Below, piece after piece: positions 1 to 12,700 of a stretch of 64,000 bases of DNA. The notes under the pieces are model-generated. The model made no database searches, was not told where the DNA came from, and saw only the letters and a program-made list of their open reading frames with translations. Numbering within the stretch: position 1 is the first letter of the stretch; the number at the start of each line of letters is the position of its first letter. The position numbers were made by a program, and so were the translations under genes. Origin of the DNA: Phaeosaccion multiseriatum (lineage: Eukaryota; Protista; Ochrophyta, other classes); contig OZ218952.1 of NCBI GenBank assembly GCA_965112735.1, positions 5,766,001-5,830,000 of the forward strand. The letters are read 5' to 3'.

Positions 1-177
1 AGTAGTCCTCGTAGTACGACGTAGGGGAGAACAAACAGCAGCTCTGCTTCTGTAGAAGAAGAGGAACCGGAATGGTTCTCTTCTCCTTCCTGCCTGTGTA
101 TGCTAAAGAGGCGGGTGTGAGGAGCAAGCCATCTCTCTAAGGAGGGCTCTTCGAGCTTCCCTCTCAACGAGCGAACC

Positions 178-3100
178 ATGGGGGAATCCCGTACCAAGCT
201 GCTGTCGAATCACCACCACCAGCGCCGGTGGCTGCAGTCTGTCAATGATGCAGGTGCGTCGTGTCGCTGGAAGACCAAGCACACACGTGCTTGTTCGGTG
301 ATGTGCAACGAAACAACCTCCCTACCTTGCCTTCCTCCTCTCCAGACATGGTGCAGTTCTTTGGCGACGACCAGTTCGACGCCAACGACTATACAAGGGC
401 CTTCTTTGAGCGGAACGAAGCGGCCAAGGCAGACGCTCGGTGCAGCGAGCTGGGAGAACTAAAGCGGCAGACGGAGGAGGTCAGTAGAAACTGCTGGACC
501 AGGGGTTGGTGTCCGCTGTGGCGCTGAGTAATAGCCATTGCTGTTGTTATTGTTACCATCTCTCCAGGCTCTGCGAAAGGAGGTGGTGCTGAACTATAGG
601 ACATTCATGCACGCCACTGAACAAATTCAGAGCATGGAGGGCGACATCGACACTCTAAAGGTACGGACGTTCCCTTGGGCCTTCAGTCTCTGTAGCTTGT
701 TTGCTCCCTCGAGAGCATGCTCTCAATTTGCCACATACGGTCTCACTTGGTGTTGGCGTGTTCTGCAGTCGCTATTGGGCTCTGCGCAAGGCACCCTTGA
801 CGCCTTCCGGGACGTCCGCTTCGTGCCTCCCGCCGACAAGGACCGGCCCAAGATGGGGGGCTGGAAGGACGCCAACGGTACGAGCTGCACTTTGCTCCAA
901 GAAAGCCTCATGCTTGCCTTGTCGCCGCTTCTCTTTTGTCCTGACCGCTTGCTTCACACCAAACACTCATCTCCTTCTCTCTCCTCTCCCCTGCGAAACC
1001 TCTGGGGGCCGCAGCCGCCGCGCCGCCTGCCGCTGGGGAAACCTCCCCTCGGGGCGGTAGCAGCACCAGTGCTGTGAGCAGCACCAGCCTGTCGCAAGAC
1101 AACAGGGCATCGCTCATGCGAGAGTTTGGCAACTTGCAGCACGGCGGTGGAGAGTTCGGCAAGCTCAAGCCGGGGGCAGGCAGCGTCATTGCCGGAAAGG
1201 GCCGCCTCGAGTCTGCACGAGACCTCAAACTGCCACAGTGGCTCGACAGGGCACCGACAGAGGTTCGTTCGTTTGTTGATCGCTCACGATCCCCGTGTGG
1301 GTGGGAGCAAGGAATACGTTGAGTGGTGCCACTTGCAAACAAATCACCTCGTGATTCGCCTCGGGAACGAATTTATGTGATGCCCTTTGACAGCTGGAGG
1401 AGCTGCTGCTGGAGCGCAAGCACTATGATGCGAATAAGCTGATTTTGAAGGTAAGCCGGGTCATGTGTCCTTCGTGCCATGTGGTAATCATTCACGGCGC
1501 GTACTCCATGTCTACCCCACACAGGTGCGCGAGTTCTCCTCCAACGTGCACAGTGCACGCAACTTGGGGACCATGGTGGGGCAGATCTTCAGCCGAGTGG
1601 AGGAGATGGCCCTTGCGCTTGCCTCTCGGCTGCTGTACGACATCGCTAAATGCAACATGTTCACGGCGTGGGGCTTCAGAGAGCACAAGAAGAACTTTGC
1701 GCTGCTCATCGCCCTCGGCCACGGAGACGCGGCCGCCAGAGCCTTTGCTCAGGTGTGTGTCGTCGTGCTCGTCGTGTCATTTGGGGTCGCCTCTCTTTCC
1801 TTTCGTCGTGTCAATCGTCCCTTCTCTCTTTCCTCTCGCCTTGTCAATTGGGCCCTCCGGTCCTGTCCTTGTTCCGTCGGCCCCGATCTCATGTGAGAGT
1901 GCCCCCCCTTTCTTTCTTCACAGGAGCGCACTTCCCTCATCCGGAGGAGGATGCGCATGGTGGAAGCCAACGCAGACCCTCTGAGCTACGTCTCACAGGT
2001 AGGTAGGAAGGGGGAGGGGAAGAGCAAGGAAAGAGATGCGCCCCGTACTCACACACCAGGCAACACCCATGTCTGTTGCACACGCACACACACACACACA
2101 GCTGAGTCGCATCTTCTTTGAGATTGTGGCGGATGCGGCGACGTCGTTCCTCAAGTTGTTCTGCGGTGACAAGAGGGAGCTGGCGAGGCAGTCTAAGCGC
2201 AGCGTCAAGGTCAGTCAGTGCCGTCCTCCGCAACCCCCCCCCCCTCCCCCTGACCCTCAATCTAACCCTAACCTCCGCCGCCCCCTCCCTCGTCGTCAGA
2301 GTCCGGCTCTGTGGCTCGTGTACAGTGGTGTGCGCAAGAGCGGCACGGGGCCTTTCTGCCGCCTTTCGGTGTGGGTGGATCAGGAGATTCAGCAGTTCGC
2401 GGGTCTCGTTGGCAGACAGATACGAATGGTGAGAATGCACGTGCCGTGCAATTGGGCACATTTTCCGGGTGCGGGGTGCGATTCGATTCGATTGACCCCA
2501 ACGCATGTATGTGCATACCTTCTGTGGTCTGAGCAGGTCGGAGTGGGCGCCCACTTGACCCGCTCCCCCGTGCCGGCGCCTCTGCGGTTGCGCATGAACA
2601 CGGGAGGAGGGGTCGCTACTGCTGTGGCGAGCCCCCTCAAACCCGGCGCTGCTGCGGGCGCCAACGGACAGAAACCACCTAAAGCTCGAGCAGGCGCGGG
2701 TAGTGCTGTACCAGACCCGCCCCCTGCAGGTGCTGTTTGTGAGAGTGTGCGCTTGCTTGTTCGCTGTGCAGGGCTCAAGTCGAGTCCAGTCAAGTGTGTT
2801 TTTTTTTGTTTGTTTTTTTGCCTTTGCTGCCCCTTCTTTGCTTGACATGTTGGACGTGCTTGACACTTTACTTTAGGCCGGCGGCGGAGCTCGTGGGGCC
2901 TCCGAGGCGGGGAAGGGACGGTGCTGCGGCTGGGCCCCATGGCGGCTTCGCTCTTCTCTATGGTCAGCCTCATGCTGGAGGAGGCGTTCGCAGAGGCCAC
3001 GGCTCTCCGGAACATCGGCTTCTGCGCACAGGCCTCGCTGGCCAGCAGACTCACGCCCGACCTCATGGACTTTATCAAGGACTATGTTGATCAAATCTGC

Positions 3101-3772
3101 AACAATCTCAAGGACGTGGTGGGGAAGGAAGACTGGCGGGCCAAGAGCACCATCCGAGTGGTGCCGCCCGAGGTGTTGACGGGCGTGTTTGACGAGGTGG
3201 TGTTGGATAACCTCAGCGTGAGCAGCTGCGTCTTGGTGAGGGAGATTAGAGACATGCTGGACTACTGCATGGTGTTGCTGGAGCCGCCCCTGCCCGAGGA
3301 AGAGGTGTCTTTAGGGCCGGACGAAGCCGCCATGGAGGAGGAGGTGGGGTCGCCCAAGCAGCCCAGTGGTCCTGACAACAAGACGCGTCTAATGTACGCC
3401 CCTGAGGCCTCCAAGAAGGAGGCATGCTACGGCAGAGACGTGTTCCTGCATGTACAACCCATGGTCCTGCGCAGTGTTATTAGCGTCATGGAGCGCTACC
3501 TCGACGCGCTCAGCACGGCGGGCTACCTGCAGCCAGGTGGGGCCCAGGCGGAGGACGGGGCCCAGTGCCTGCAGAGTCTGGCGAGGACCTTCATGCCCCA
3601 CCTCAGCGCGTGGTGCGAAGAGCTCTTACCGGAAGCCGCTGCCGACGCCAGCGATATGGCAACGCTCAAGACTCTCACCAAGAGGCTCGAGTCAGAGGCG
3701 CAGCAGCTGCTGCAGAACAAGCACAAACACGGGACTTCAACAGACGGCGACGTCTTGGGGGACTCTGGATGA
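178..3772 (+). CDS. Exocyst component Exo84/EXOC8-like (Vps51-type N-terminal domain), multi-exon
   Basis: Exon 178-253 splices (GT at 254, AG at 344-345) into DMVQFFGDDQFDANDYTRAFF...LRKEVVLNYRTFMHATEQIQSMEGDI, a Vps51/Exo84 N-terminal pattern. LPQWLDRAPTELEELLLERKHYDA resembles the start of the Exo84 helical domain. The last exon ends with TGA at 3772. Confidence 0.6.
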
Positions 3773-3808
3773 TTCGAAGCGTAAGATACAATTTTACATA
3801 TTCGAATC

Positions 3809-4184
3809 CTACCACTCTCTTCGGCGGCTCCTGCCATTGTCCCATTCTCCACGTCTCCTATCGTCACCACGATCCCTGGCGTCACGGTCCCTTCCATCAC
3901 GCTCCCTTCCGTCACGGTCCCTGCCGTCTCTCCTTCCCCCATCCCTTCCTCCTCCTCCATCCCTTCCCCTGTCCCTCCCCCCGTCCCACCCCCCGATCTC
4001 CTCCCGACCTCTCTTCCTGCTACCACCCCTGTCTTCTCCTGCGCCCCTCCCCCCGCCCGCCCATCCTCCCCCCGGGCCATCGTACTGCTGGTGCTGTCGC
4101 GATGGGTACTGCTGATGCTGCTGATGATGGTGCTGCTGCTGCTGCTCCTGCTGCTGCGGATGCTGTCTCGGGGGGTACTGCTGA

Positions 4185-4231
<47 letters not shown>

Positions 4232-5820
4232 AGGTGCAGGCCCTGATCCTCCTCTTTGCTCCTCCCGGTGCCCGTGAGGCGAGGCCGGAGGGGCAGGCGG
4301 TCGATGTGGCTCTGTATCCTTGTACCTGGCGGCAGCAGGAGAAGCAGGAGGAGCAGGAGGAGGAGGAGGAGGAGGAGGAGGAGGAGGAGCAGGAGCAGGT
4401 CGCGGAGGCTTTGGTCGAGGAGCCTCCCGCTGGACACGCTTCCGTAGCTGCTTGATTGCGTACTCCTGTCGAAATGGATGGTTGGCTGCATGTAAGCATT
4501 AGGTCCTTTGGTCCTCAACGGAAAGGGCAAGGGTACAAGAATGTGCTTGCATCACGACTTCTCACCACCCAAGTCTCTTCCGTGAGCCCGTAGTTGAAGA
4601 AGTCACTGATGTCCACTCCATACGTCTGCCTCGCAACAACGACAAGAGCAACAAGACCGAGTCGGGGTGGGATGAGCTACGAGTTCTGTCCTGCCGCAGC
4701 CCGCTTCGCATGGCATCGCCGGGTACACGCTCTCACCTGCCAGGGCTTATTATCAAGCGCTGGAATGTCAATGTCGAATGCGCTGCGGCCAAACGGGCGC
4801 TGCACGTGTTGAGGAGAAGAGACACACGCGCGTGTGTTAGCAGGCAGGACAGCCAGCCGGCATCACTCACTTTGCGTGTCGAATGCGCTCCTCACCTGCA
4901 ACTCCTTCATGGCAGCGTAGCCACCCTTCTCACTAGACTTGAGCCCTTGCGAGACCACCTGCATGGACTCCGCCAGATGGTCGACTCTCTCCTCTCCGCT
5001 CTCTCCCCTGCCAGCCCTCCCACCCGCAGTAGTAGCAGCAGCAGTAGTAGCACCTGCAGCGTCGGCGGACTTCGATCCCTCAGGCGTTTGCCTCACGAAG
5101 GTGTTGGTACCTCGGAGAAAGCGCTTGGCGGCCCCTTGAAGAGGGGCGGGCTTGGGCCGACCAATGCTCACGACAATGCCGTCCTGCAAAGTAAGGTGGG
5201 GCGTTCTGCGGGGTCACACACACACACAGTAGAGAATACATGTAGTCACAGATACATGTACGTACGTCGTCCGAGTCTTGCTCCTCCGCCTCGGGCTCGT
5301 CTCCTGGCTGGTCCACAGCAGCAGCCACATTGCTAGCCACATCTGGTTGGGCTGCTGCCACTGCAGGGGTCTTGACTTCAGCAGCAGCAGCAGCAGCAGC
5401 AACACCAGCAGCAGGAGCAGCAGCAGGAGCAGCAACACCAGCAGCAGAATCGTCCTGCTCCTCCTCAACTTCTAGCTTGACGGGGAGTGTCCTCGCCTCC
5501 TCATCATCCCGTCTTCGTATTAGCCGCCCCACATCTACGTCCTCCTCCTCCTCCTCCTCCTGGACCGGTAGCGCAAGCGCAGCCACGTCTACGGGGGCAT
5601 CCTTGCCCTCCGACGTCTCGTCGACTGCCTCGTCCAAGCTGGCCACGTCGTCATCGTCTCCGAAGAGAGGGGCCTCTTGCTGCAAAAGGGAAAGGAGGAG
5701 GGGGAGTAAGTAAGGGGGCTACGCTTCTGGCTTGGAGCAATGAAGCAGCGGGGACAGCCGTAGAAGAGGCAGTGTGCGAACAGTATCAGCGACAGCTCAA
5801 GGGAAGACGTCGCTCACCAT
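3809..5820 (-). CDS. FIP1: Pre-mRNA 3'-end processing factor Fip1-like, multi-exon
   Basis: Spliced Fip1 motif FDIDIPALDNKPWQ/ARQTYGVDISDFFNYGLTEETWV/EYAIKQL (about 4440-4800). Acidic N-terminus, Pro/Gln-rich middle, RD-rich C-terminus ending RRREW* (TAG 3809-3811). Start inferred at ATG 5820. Confidence 0.85.
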
Positions 5821-5972
5821 GACACAGAAGCAGCGGGGAAGGAAGAGAGAGAACGAGGAGCGGGCGGGCGGGCGGGGCTTGGAGCACAAACACGCGTACT
5901 CACAGATGTCAATCCACGCGGCAAGCTCCCTTCCCTTTCCAACCATAAGCCATAGCGTGCTGCTCTTAGCCC

Positions 5973-7310
5973 ATGGGGCGCCTTCCCCTCGTTCTCCTCC
6001 TTGCCCTCGTTCTTGCCAGCGCAGCAGCAGCGGCAGCAGCCGCGACAGCTGGGTTGGGGGAGATTCTTCGGGAAGAACAGGAGGCGGAAGCCGAGAGGGG
6101 AGGGGAAAAGCGATGCTTGACACTTTTCGGCCAGAAGGGCCCAGGGTGCTCGCCGCCCGATCTCTCCCAGGTCATTGCACGGGGATGGTGGGATTGCGCA
6201 TCGGCCTGCATCGCCCACCTCAGGTTCGTAGGCAACAGAAGGAGAGGCCTCCGTTTTTCCCTCCTCGCTCTTCATCCTATTCCTTGCTGCTACTGCTGCT
6301 GAAACAGTACCAAAGGGGAGATGCTGGCTGCACACAATGAGTTCGAGACGCAGCAACGGAGCATCATTCGGGACCTCAATAGTATAAAGAGGGTGCTCGA
6401 AGCCAGTAAAGGTAAAAGATGACTCCTTACTTTTGGTCCAGTCAAGCCCCCTTTCATCTAACGGCACTACCCTCTCCCCCCCCCCAACCCAACCAGCTAC
6501 TGCTGTCATCCAGCCAGCCTTTGAGTGGGCGCAAAGCGCAGACCTCGTGTTTCTCAATGTCAAGTTTTCCCATAGAATCGATGCCCCTGCCACGCTCGAC
6601 GTTGAGGTGGATAGTGTGTCTCTCACACCTCAGGGCCTCCACCTCAGGGTATGTCGTATCGTCTTGCGACGAGTGGGGCTCACTAGATCTGAGAAACGAA
6701 CATTCGTTTAAGAAGGAGGGGCTCACCAAGTCTAAGGAGAGACGGAGTGGCATGGCTTCGGAAACGGCCATGGAGGAGTCTCTTCACACCCCTTGTTGTG
6801 TTGTCCCCCCCTTCCTGCGTCGTGCTTTGAACCAGGCCTCCAAGGACCAGAAGGAGTTTGTGCTGAAGATCGACCTTTGGTCAGAAATTGACGCCGAGGC
6901 CTCGCAGTACGCCAGCGCCAGCGTGGGACGGATGACCTTCACCTTGACCAAACAGACGCCTGCCAGCTTCTGGCCACAGCTGCTGCAGCCGGGGGCGGAC
7001 AAGAAGAAGCTGGCACATCACACGTGGTGGGCTAAGAAGGAACAATATAGGTAGGGAAAAATTTTGTCTTTGTTGTCCAACACTCCCGACTAACGAAAGA
7101 ACACAAAACACCAACAGCGACGAGGTGGAGGAGCTGGAGGAGGAGTACTACGCGGCGTTGCTCGAGCAAGAGGAGGGAAAGCCAACAGCAAGGCGGCGGG
7201 GAAAGGAGGGGGGGGAGGAGGAGGAGGAGGAGCAGGAGGAGGAGACTAAGGAAGCTCTCAAGGACAAGTTAAAGGAGGGGGAGCTAGGCGCCGCGGGCGA
7301 GGAGCTGTGA
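5973..7310 (+). CDS. Signal-peptide-bearing CS/p23-like (HSP20-like fold) co-chaperone with C-terminal -GEEL, 5 exons
   Basis: Hydrophobic N-terminus MGRLPLVLLLALVLASAAA. CS-domain pattern QPAFEWAQSADLVFLNVKF...FVLKIDLWSEIDAEAS...GRMTFTLTK...FWPQLL. Acidic tail ending GAAGEEL*. Confidence 0.75.
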
Positions 7311-7520
7311 GTGACTACTACTTCTTATTATAATTTTTAAGATTCCCTTTCCTTACACAATCAGGTCATACTTTTATTTGCACTCGCGCGCTTCGAATCG
7401 CAATGACGGTCCCGTACTAATCTATTTCCTCCACACTACTCTGTGAGCGTGTGTGTGTGCGAGTGCGTTTGCTAACCTAAGCAAAGGCCGAGGGGAAGAA
7501 AGAAGGGCCATGCAGACACA

Positions 7521-9762
7521 TCATGCAGACCGAGCGGCTGCCGGCGCGCTCTTGCTGCCACTGGCTGCCAGCGACTCCTCCTCCCCCCCCTCGCTCGCCT
7601 CCTCCTTCTTGGCGAGCGGCCCGTGCTGCTCCGAAGGCGGTACGAGTTGGTAAAACTTAGGCAGGTACTTGGCCCAATCAGCGAGGATGGCCTCTCCCTT
7701 GGCCGATCCCGTCTTTGCTACGTGCTCCTCAATCAGCCCCTTGAGCTGTGCCTCTCCCTGCGGGGTCACCACGCGCTGCATCTTGACAATCTCGTGGTTC
7801 ACGTGGGAGGCGAAGGATGCCCCTACCGCCCCCGTTTCGTCCACGGAGGTCTCGTCGTCGTCCAAGAAGTAGGCCAGGCCGCCTGTCATGCCCGCGCCAA
7901 TGTTTCTCCCTGCGGTGCCCAGCACCACCACCACCCCGCCCGTCATGTACTCGCAGCTGTGGTCACCGCATCCCTCCACCACGGCATGAGCGGCGGAGTT
8001 TCGCACCGCAAATCGCTCCCCGGCCCGGCCGTTGACAAACACCTTTCCGCCCGTGGCGCCGTACAGACACGTGTTGCCGATAATCACATTCTCGGAGGGC
8101 TCAAACGTAGCCCCTGGAGCAGGCATGACGGAGATTGTCCCTCCGTGGATGGACTTGCCCACGTAATCGTTGGCCTCTCCGTTGAGCACCACGTCCATGC
8201 CGGGCATGAGGAAGGAGCCGAAGGACTGCCCTGCGCTGCCGTTGAAGCGCAGCGACAGCTTTCCGCCCTTGGCCGCGAAGCCCTTGTTGCCCCAGCGCTT
8301 GGCCATGGCCCCCGACAGCCTCCCGCATACGCTTCGATCCGTGTTGAGGATTGGCAGCGTGAGGGACGCCTCGCCAGCGTTCTCCAGGGCTGCCGCGATG
8401 CCCTGTGTTGTTTAAAGGATGTGTGTGTGTGTGTGTGTGTGTGTAGGGGGTTGAGTCAAGGGAGGGGGTCACTTCTCTTCCCTCCTTTGTACTGTGGTGT
8501 TGGACACAGAGAGACACACGACAGAAGCCCCTTTCAAAAACCAAGCCCACGAACACCACCAACCAGGCACAGCACCAACCTCGTCCTTAAGTATGTCGTC
8601 GTCCAGCACTGGTCCGTTGGAGTTCACCTCTCCGTGGTCCAGCCACCCCCGAGCAGCGGCGTCCTTCACATCGGGCAGCTGGGGAGGCGGGGAGGAGGAA
8701 AGGGGGGCATGTGTGGGGAAGTGGGTGTAAGACATTGCTTGGGGTGTACATCGAGTCAAGCAAGCGAGAGTCATAACGAGCGCAGCAGATTAAAGCTAAG
8801 CAAAGGCACACCAGAGCAAGCCAAGCTTGACTCACCTTGGTGATGAAGTCCAAGTCGAGCAAGTCGGCGGTCTTGCTGAGCCTGAGCCCCTCTCGCGTCT
8901 TGAGCAAGTCGCTGCGACCAATGAGCTCATCCAGCGACTCGTATCCGAGGTGGGCCAGCAGCATGCGCACCTCCTCCGCCACGAACTGGAAGAAGGTGAC
9001 GATGTTGTCGGGCGTGCCGGGGAACTTCTTACGGAGCTCCTCCTTCTGCGTCGTGACTCCAACCGGACACGTGTTGGTGTGGCACACACGGGCCATGATG
9101 CATCCCTCCGCGATCATGGCAATGGTGCCGAAACCGTACTCTTCGGCGCCCATGAGAGCCGCCATCATCACGTCCCAGCCAGTTTTGATGCCGCCGTCCA
9201 CGCGCAGCAGAGAGCGGTCGCGGAGCTTGTTGTCGACAAGCGTGCGGTGCACTTCGGCAAGACCAAGCTCCCAGGGAGAGCCCGCGTGCTGCCATCGGGA
9301 GGGTCGGGGGGTCGAGGGGTCGGGGAGATGAGTCAGGGGGTGAAGAGGGCGAGAGAGCAAAGAAAAGCAGCACCACAGTTCCTTTCCGGTCGTCCCACCT
9401 TGATGGAGCTGAGCGGAGACGCGCCGGTGCCGCCGTCGTGGCCGGAGATCTGAATGACATCCGCGTTGGCCTTGGCCACTCCCGCAGCGATGGTCCCGAT
9501 GCCCACCTCCGCCACAAGCTTCACAGACACGCCCGCCGCGGGGTTGACCTGTCCATCGGCAGAGGGCAAATGGGAAACGCAGAGCAATCAATGCCGAGCA
9601 ATCAATGCCGAGCAATCAATGCCGAGCAAGCGCCATGAGGAGGTTGTAAGCACTCTGTGTCCGTGTGCCTCCCTCTGGCCTGGCTCTCCTCTCTCTCTGT
9701 GTGTGTGTGTGTTCCGAAGCACCACCTCTCTTACCTGGTGCAGATCGAAGATGAGCTGTGCC

Positions 9763-9794
<32 letters not shown>

Positions 9795-12700
9795 CGGCGG
9801 CGAGATGAGCGTGACTCCAGGGGTGGAGGACCGGAGCCCCGCAATGTACTCATTGATCTTAGGGCCAGGCAGCTGCCCGCCCTCCCCCGGCTTGGCTCCC
9901 TGCGCCATCTTGATCTCAATCTGCTTGGCACTCATGAGGTACTCAGGTGTCACTCCAAAGCGGCCCGAGGCAACCTGCTTGATGGCACTAGTGGCAAGGT
10001 CGCCGTTACGCACTCCCTTGAGGTGAGGGAAGCTCTCGGAGCGGCCGGTGGACTCGTCCACGTCCGAGAAGGGGTTGAAGCGAAGAGGGTCCTCTCCACC
10101 CTCGCCCTGTAGCAGAAAGTCAGACAGAGCACAGTAGCGGTAGTAGTAGCAGCAGCAGCAGCGGCGGCGGCAGCGCCGGCGCCAACGAGTCAGCCAGTCA
10201 GTCTCTCCGTACAGTATATTGGGTGGTGTGGTGAGGAGGGGGGTGGGGGGTAGTGCACCGACCAACCAACTAACCAACCGACGAACCAACCAGGACTTAC
10301 CGAGTTGCTCTTTCCTCCGATGCGGTTGACTCCGATGGCCAGTGTCTCGTGTGCCTCCCTGCTCAGCGCTCCAAGAGACATTCCCCCTGTGCAAAAGCGC
10401 GCCATAATCTTGTCCACAGACTCCACAGACTCCAAAGGAATCTCGGGCCTGGCAAGAGGCAAGAGCAGCGCCGAGCGGTGAACAAAGGGGCGTTGGGCGT
10501 GGGTGGGCTTCGAGGCAGTAGAGCTTGGAGGGGGGCGTTAAAGACGTTACGAGGTTGGGGAGTGGAGTGCGTCCCCACCACCCACGACAACCCCCAACAA
10601 CACAGCGACCTCTTGGCCTGACTTTGGCTCACTTGGGGTCTGCTCACTTTGACCTGCATACTTGACCTCACTGACTCACCTGTCCGAGTTGAAGTCCAGC
10701 ATATCCCTGAGTGTGGTCGTGGGACGGGACTTGAGAGACTCCATGAAGAGCTTGTACCTGGAGGGGAAGGGAGGGAGGGAGGGAGGGAGGGGTGAGGCTC
10801 CCCTCACAGCCGTGCAGGTAGGTCATTGGTGTGCGAGAGGAGGAGAGAAAAAGTATTCCCCCACACACGCTCCCACATCCGCACGCACGCACGCACGCAC
10901 ATGTTGAACTCCTTGGCCTCGAGGGCGGCGTGTAGAGACTTCATGAGCAGGGGCGAGTTGTGATGGTACTCGCCAGAGCGGTAGAACTGCACATAGCCGT
11001 AGTTGTTGAGCTTCTTGTGCTCCAGCTCGCTGTCTCCGTTCTCGCCGTATGCCGCGGCGTGGAAAGTAGCCACTTCGTTGGCCAGCTCGGCTGTGGAGAG
11101 CCCGCCCAAGCGAGAGGGTGTGCCCTTGAAGCCTGTGTAGGGAAACAAGGGGAAGAGGAAGAGAGAGGGAGAAGGTGAGGGAAGCCAGGTCATCCACATC
11201 TCCCTCTCCCTCTCCCTCCAGCGGAGCATACAGAATGGTGATAAAAAGCATTCATTGGGTCACTGAACCCCCCCCCCCTCCGGACAAGCGCACATAAAGT
11301 GGTGTGCAATGCATTCATTGGGTCACTGACCTAGCTGCAGCAGGTCCTGTCCGATGCCTGGGGGGTGGGGCGGCACGACACAAGCGTCGGTGTTAAGCAG
11401 AGCATAGCATACCAGAGCAGAGAGGCCACGTACACAGCAAGCGGCGCCTTCTCGCCTCCCACCACCCACTCGCTCACCAATGGACTCGAAGATTTGCGCG
11501 CCTTGGTACGAACTCAGCAGCGAAATGCCCATCTTGGACATAATCTTCAGCAGGCCGGCGTCCACAGAGCTGCGGAAGTTCTGTTGGGCCTGCAGCAGGG
11601 AGACGTTGGGCAGAGTGCCCTTGGTCATCTTCACTTGGGTGCGCTTCGACTCCCACCAGCTCTGTTGGGGCGGGGCAGGGCGGGACAAAGCAGAGGGGAG
11701 AAAGAGACATGGAGAGATATGAGAGGGAGGGACAGACAGAGAGACAGAGAGAGTGGTGAGAGACAGGGGGGGTGGGGGTGCCACGACGCGTTCAGCAAAC
11801 GGCGCGGTGCAAGTGCAAGAGGCCGTCTTTCTCTGCCCCTGCGAAGAGTTGAAAGTGGCTTGGCGCTCACCTTGATGGCCTCGAGGGCGAGGTAGGGGTG
11901 CACAGCAGAGGCACCGTAGCCCACCAGGCAGGCGAAGTGGTGAGTGCTCCACGCCTGGCCAGTCTCAGAGATGAGGGACACTTTCATCCTTAAGCGCTGC
12001 TCAATCAACCTGGAGAGAGAGAGCAAGAGAGAGGGAGGGAGACAGCGGGATCCGTCAAGTCAGGAGGGGGGCCTTCGCAGAGAGGAGGGGATGCCTCGCC
12101 CCACCGCTCGCACACTCACTTGTGGTGCACAGCTCCCACGGCCAGGAGGGGAGGGATGTAGGTATCTTCCCCAGCGAGGCCCGCCTTATCGGGCTGCGCT
12201 CCGCCCGCCTTGTCGGACAGGACGAGAATATGCGCTCCCTGCTCCACAGCACTCACTGCCGCTGCCGTGAGCTTCTCTACCGCCTTGGCCAGGCCCTCGG
12301 GACCGTCGGCAATGGGGTACAGCGTAGACAGCACCTCCGTCTGGCAAGGCAGCACGAGGAGCGTGAGGGAAGGGGGTGGCGGGTGGGGGGGTGAGTTAAC
12401 ATCAACGATTCTCGCAGAGGTTGCGAGGCAGCAGCCACACGCCTCCACCTCCCCCTAGACCTCTCTTTTTCTCTCCCTCTCTTTCTCTCTCGATGCCTCT
12501 CTCTCTCGTTGCCTCACTCTCTCCCTCCCCTCTCGCTCTCGCTCTCTCTCTCTCCTCCTTTCTCTGTCCGCCTCCCACCTTCATGCCCGAGGCAGCGGAA
12601 ATGGCCTTGAGCTCAGCGGCGTTGAGGACCGGCGAGTCAATCTTGAGCAGCGCAGCGTCCTCCTCCGTGGGATCCATGGGGTTACCGCGGCTGCCCAGCA

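Noticed and set aside
3450-4530. Long overlapping ORFs with poly-Leu, poly-Ala and poly-Ser
   Set aside because: Alternative-frame or antisense readings of the CAG/CCT triplet repeats in the FIP1 last exon.
7623-8843. 406-aa plus-strand ORF, and similar antisense ORFs at 19723-20778, 42161-43309, 49139-50167 and 58984-60174
   Set aside because: Shadow ORFs opposite well-supported GC-rich coding exons, with no recognisable motifs.
11248-11329. 19-bp direct repeat GCATTCATTGGGTCACTGA with a spacer (CRISPR-like or target-site-duplication-like)
   Set aside because: Only two copies, in a eukaryotic intron, with no cas genes, terminal inverted repeats or transposase.
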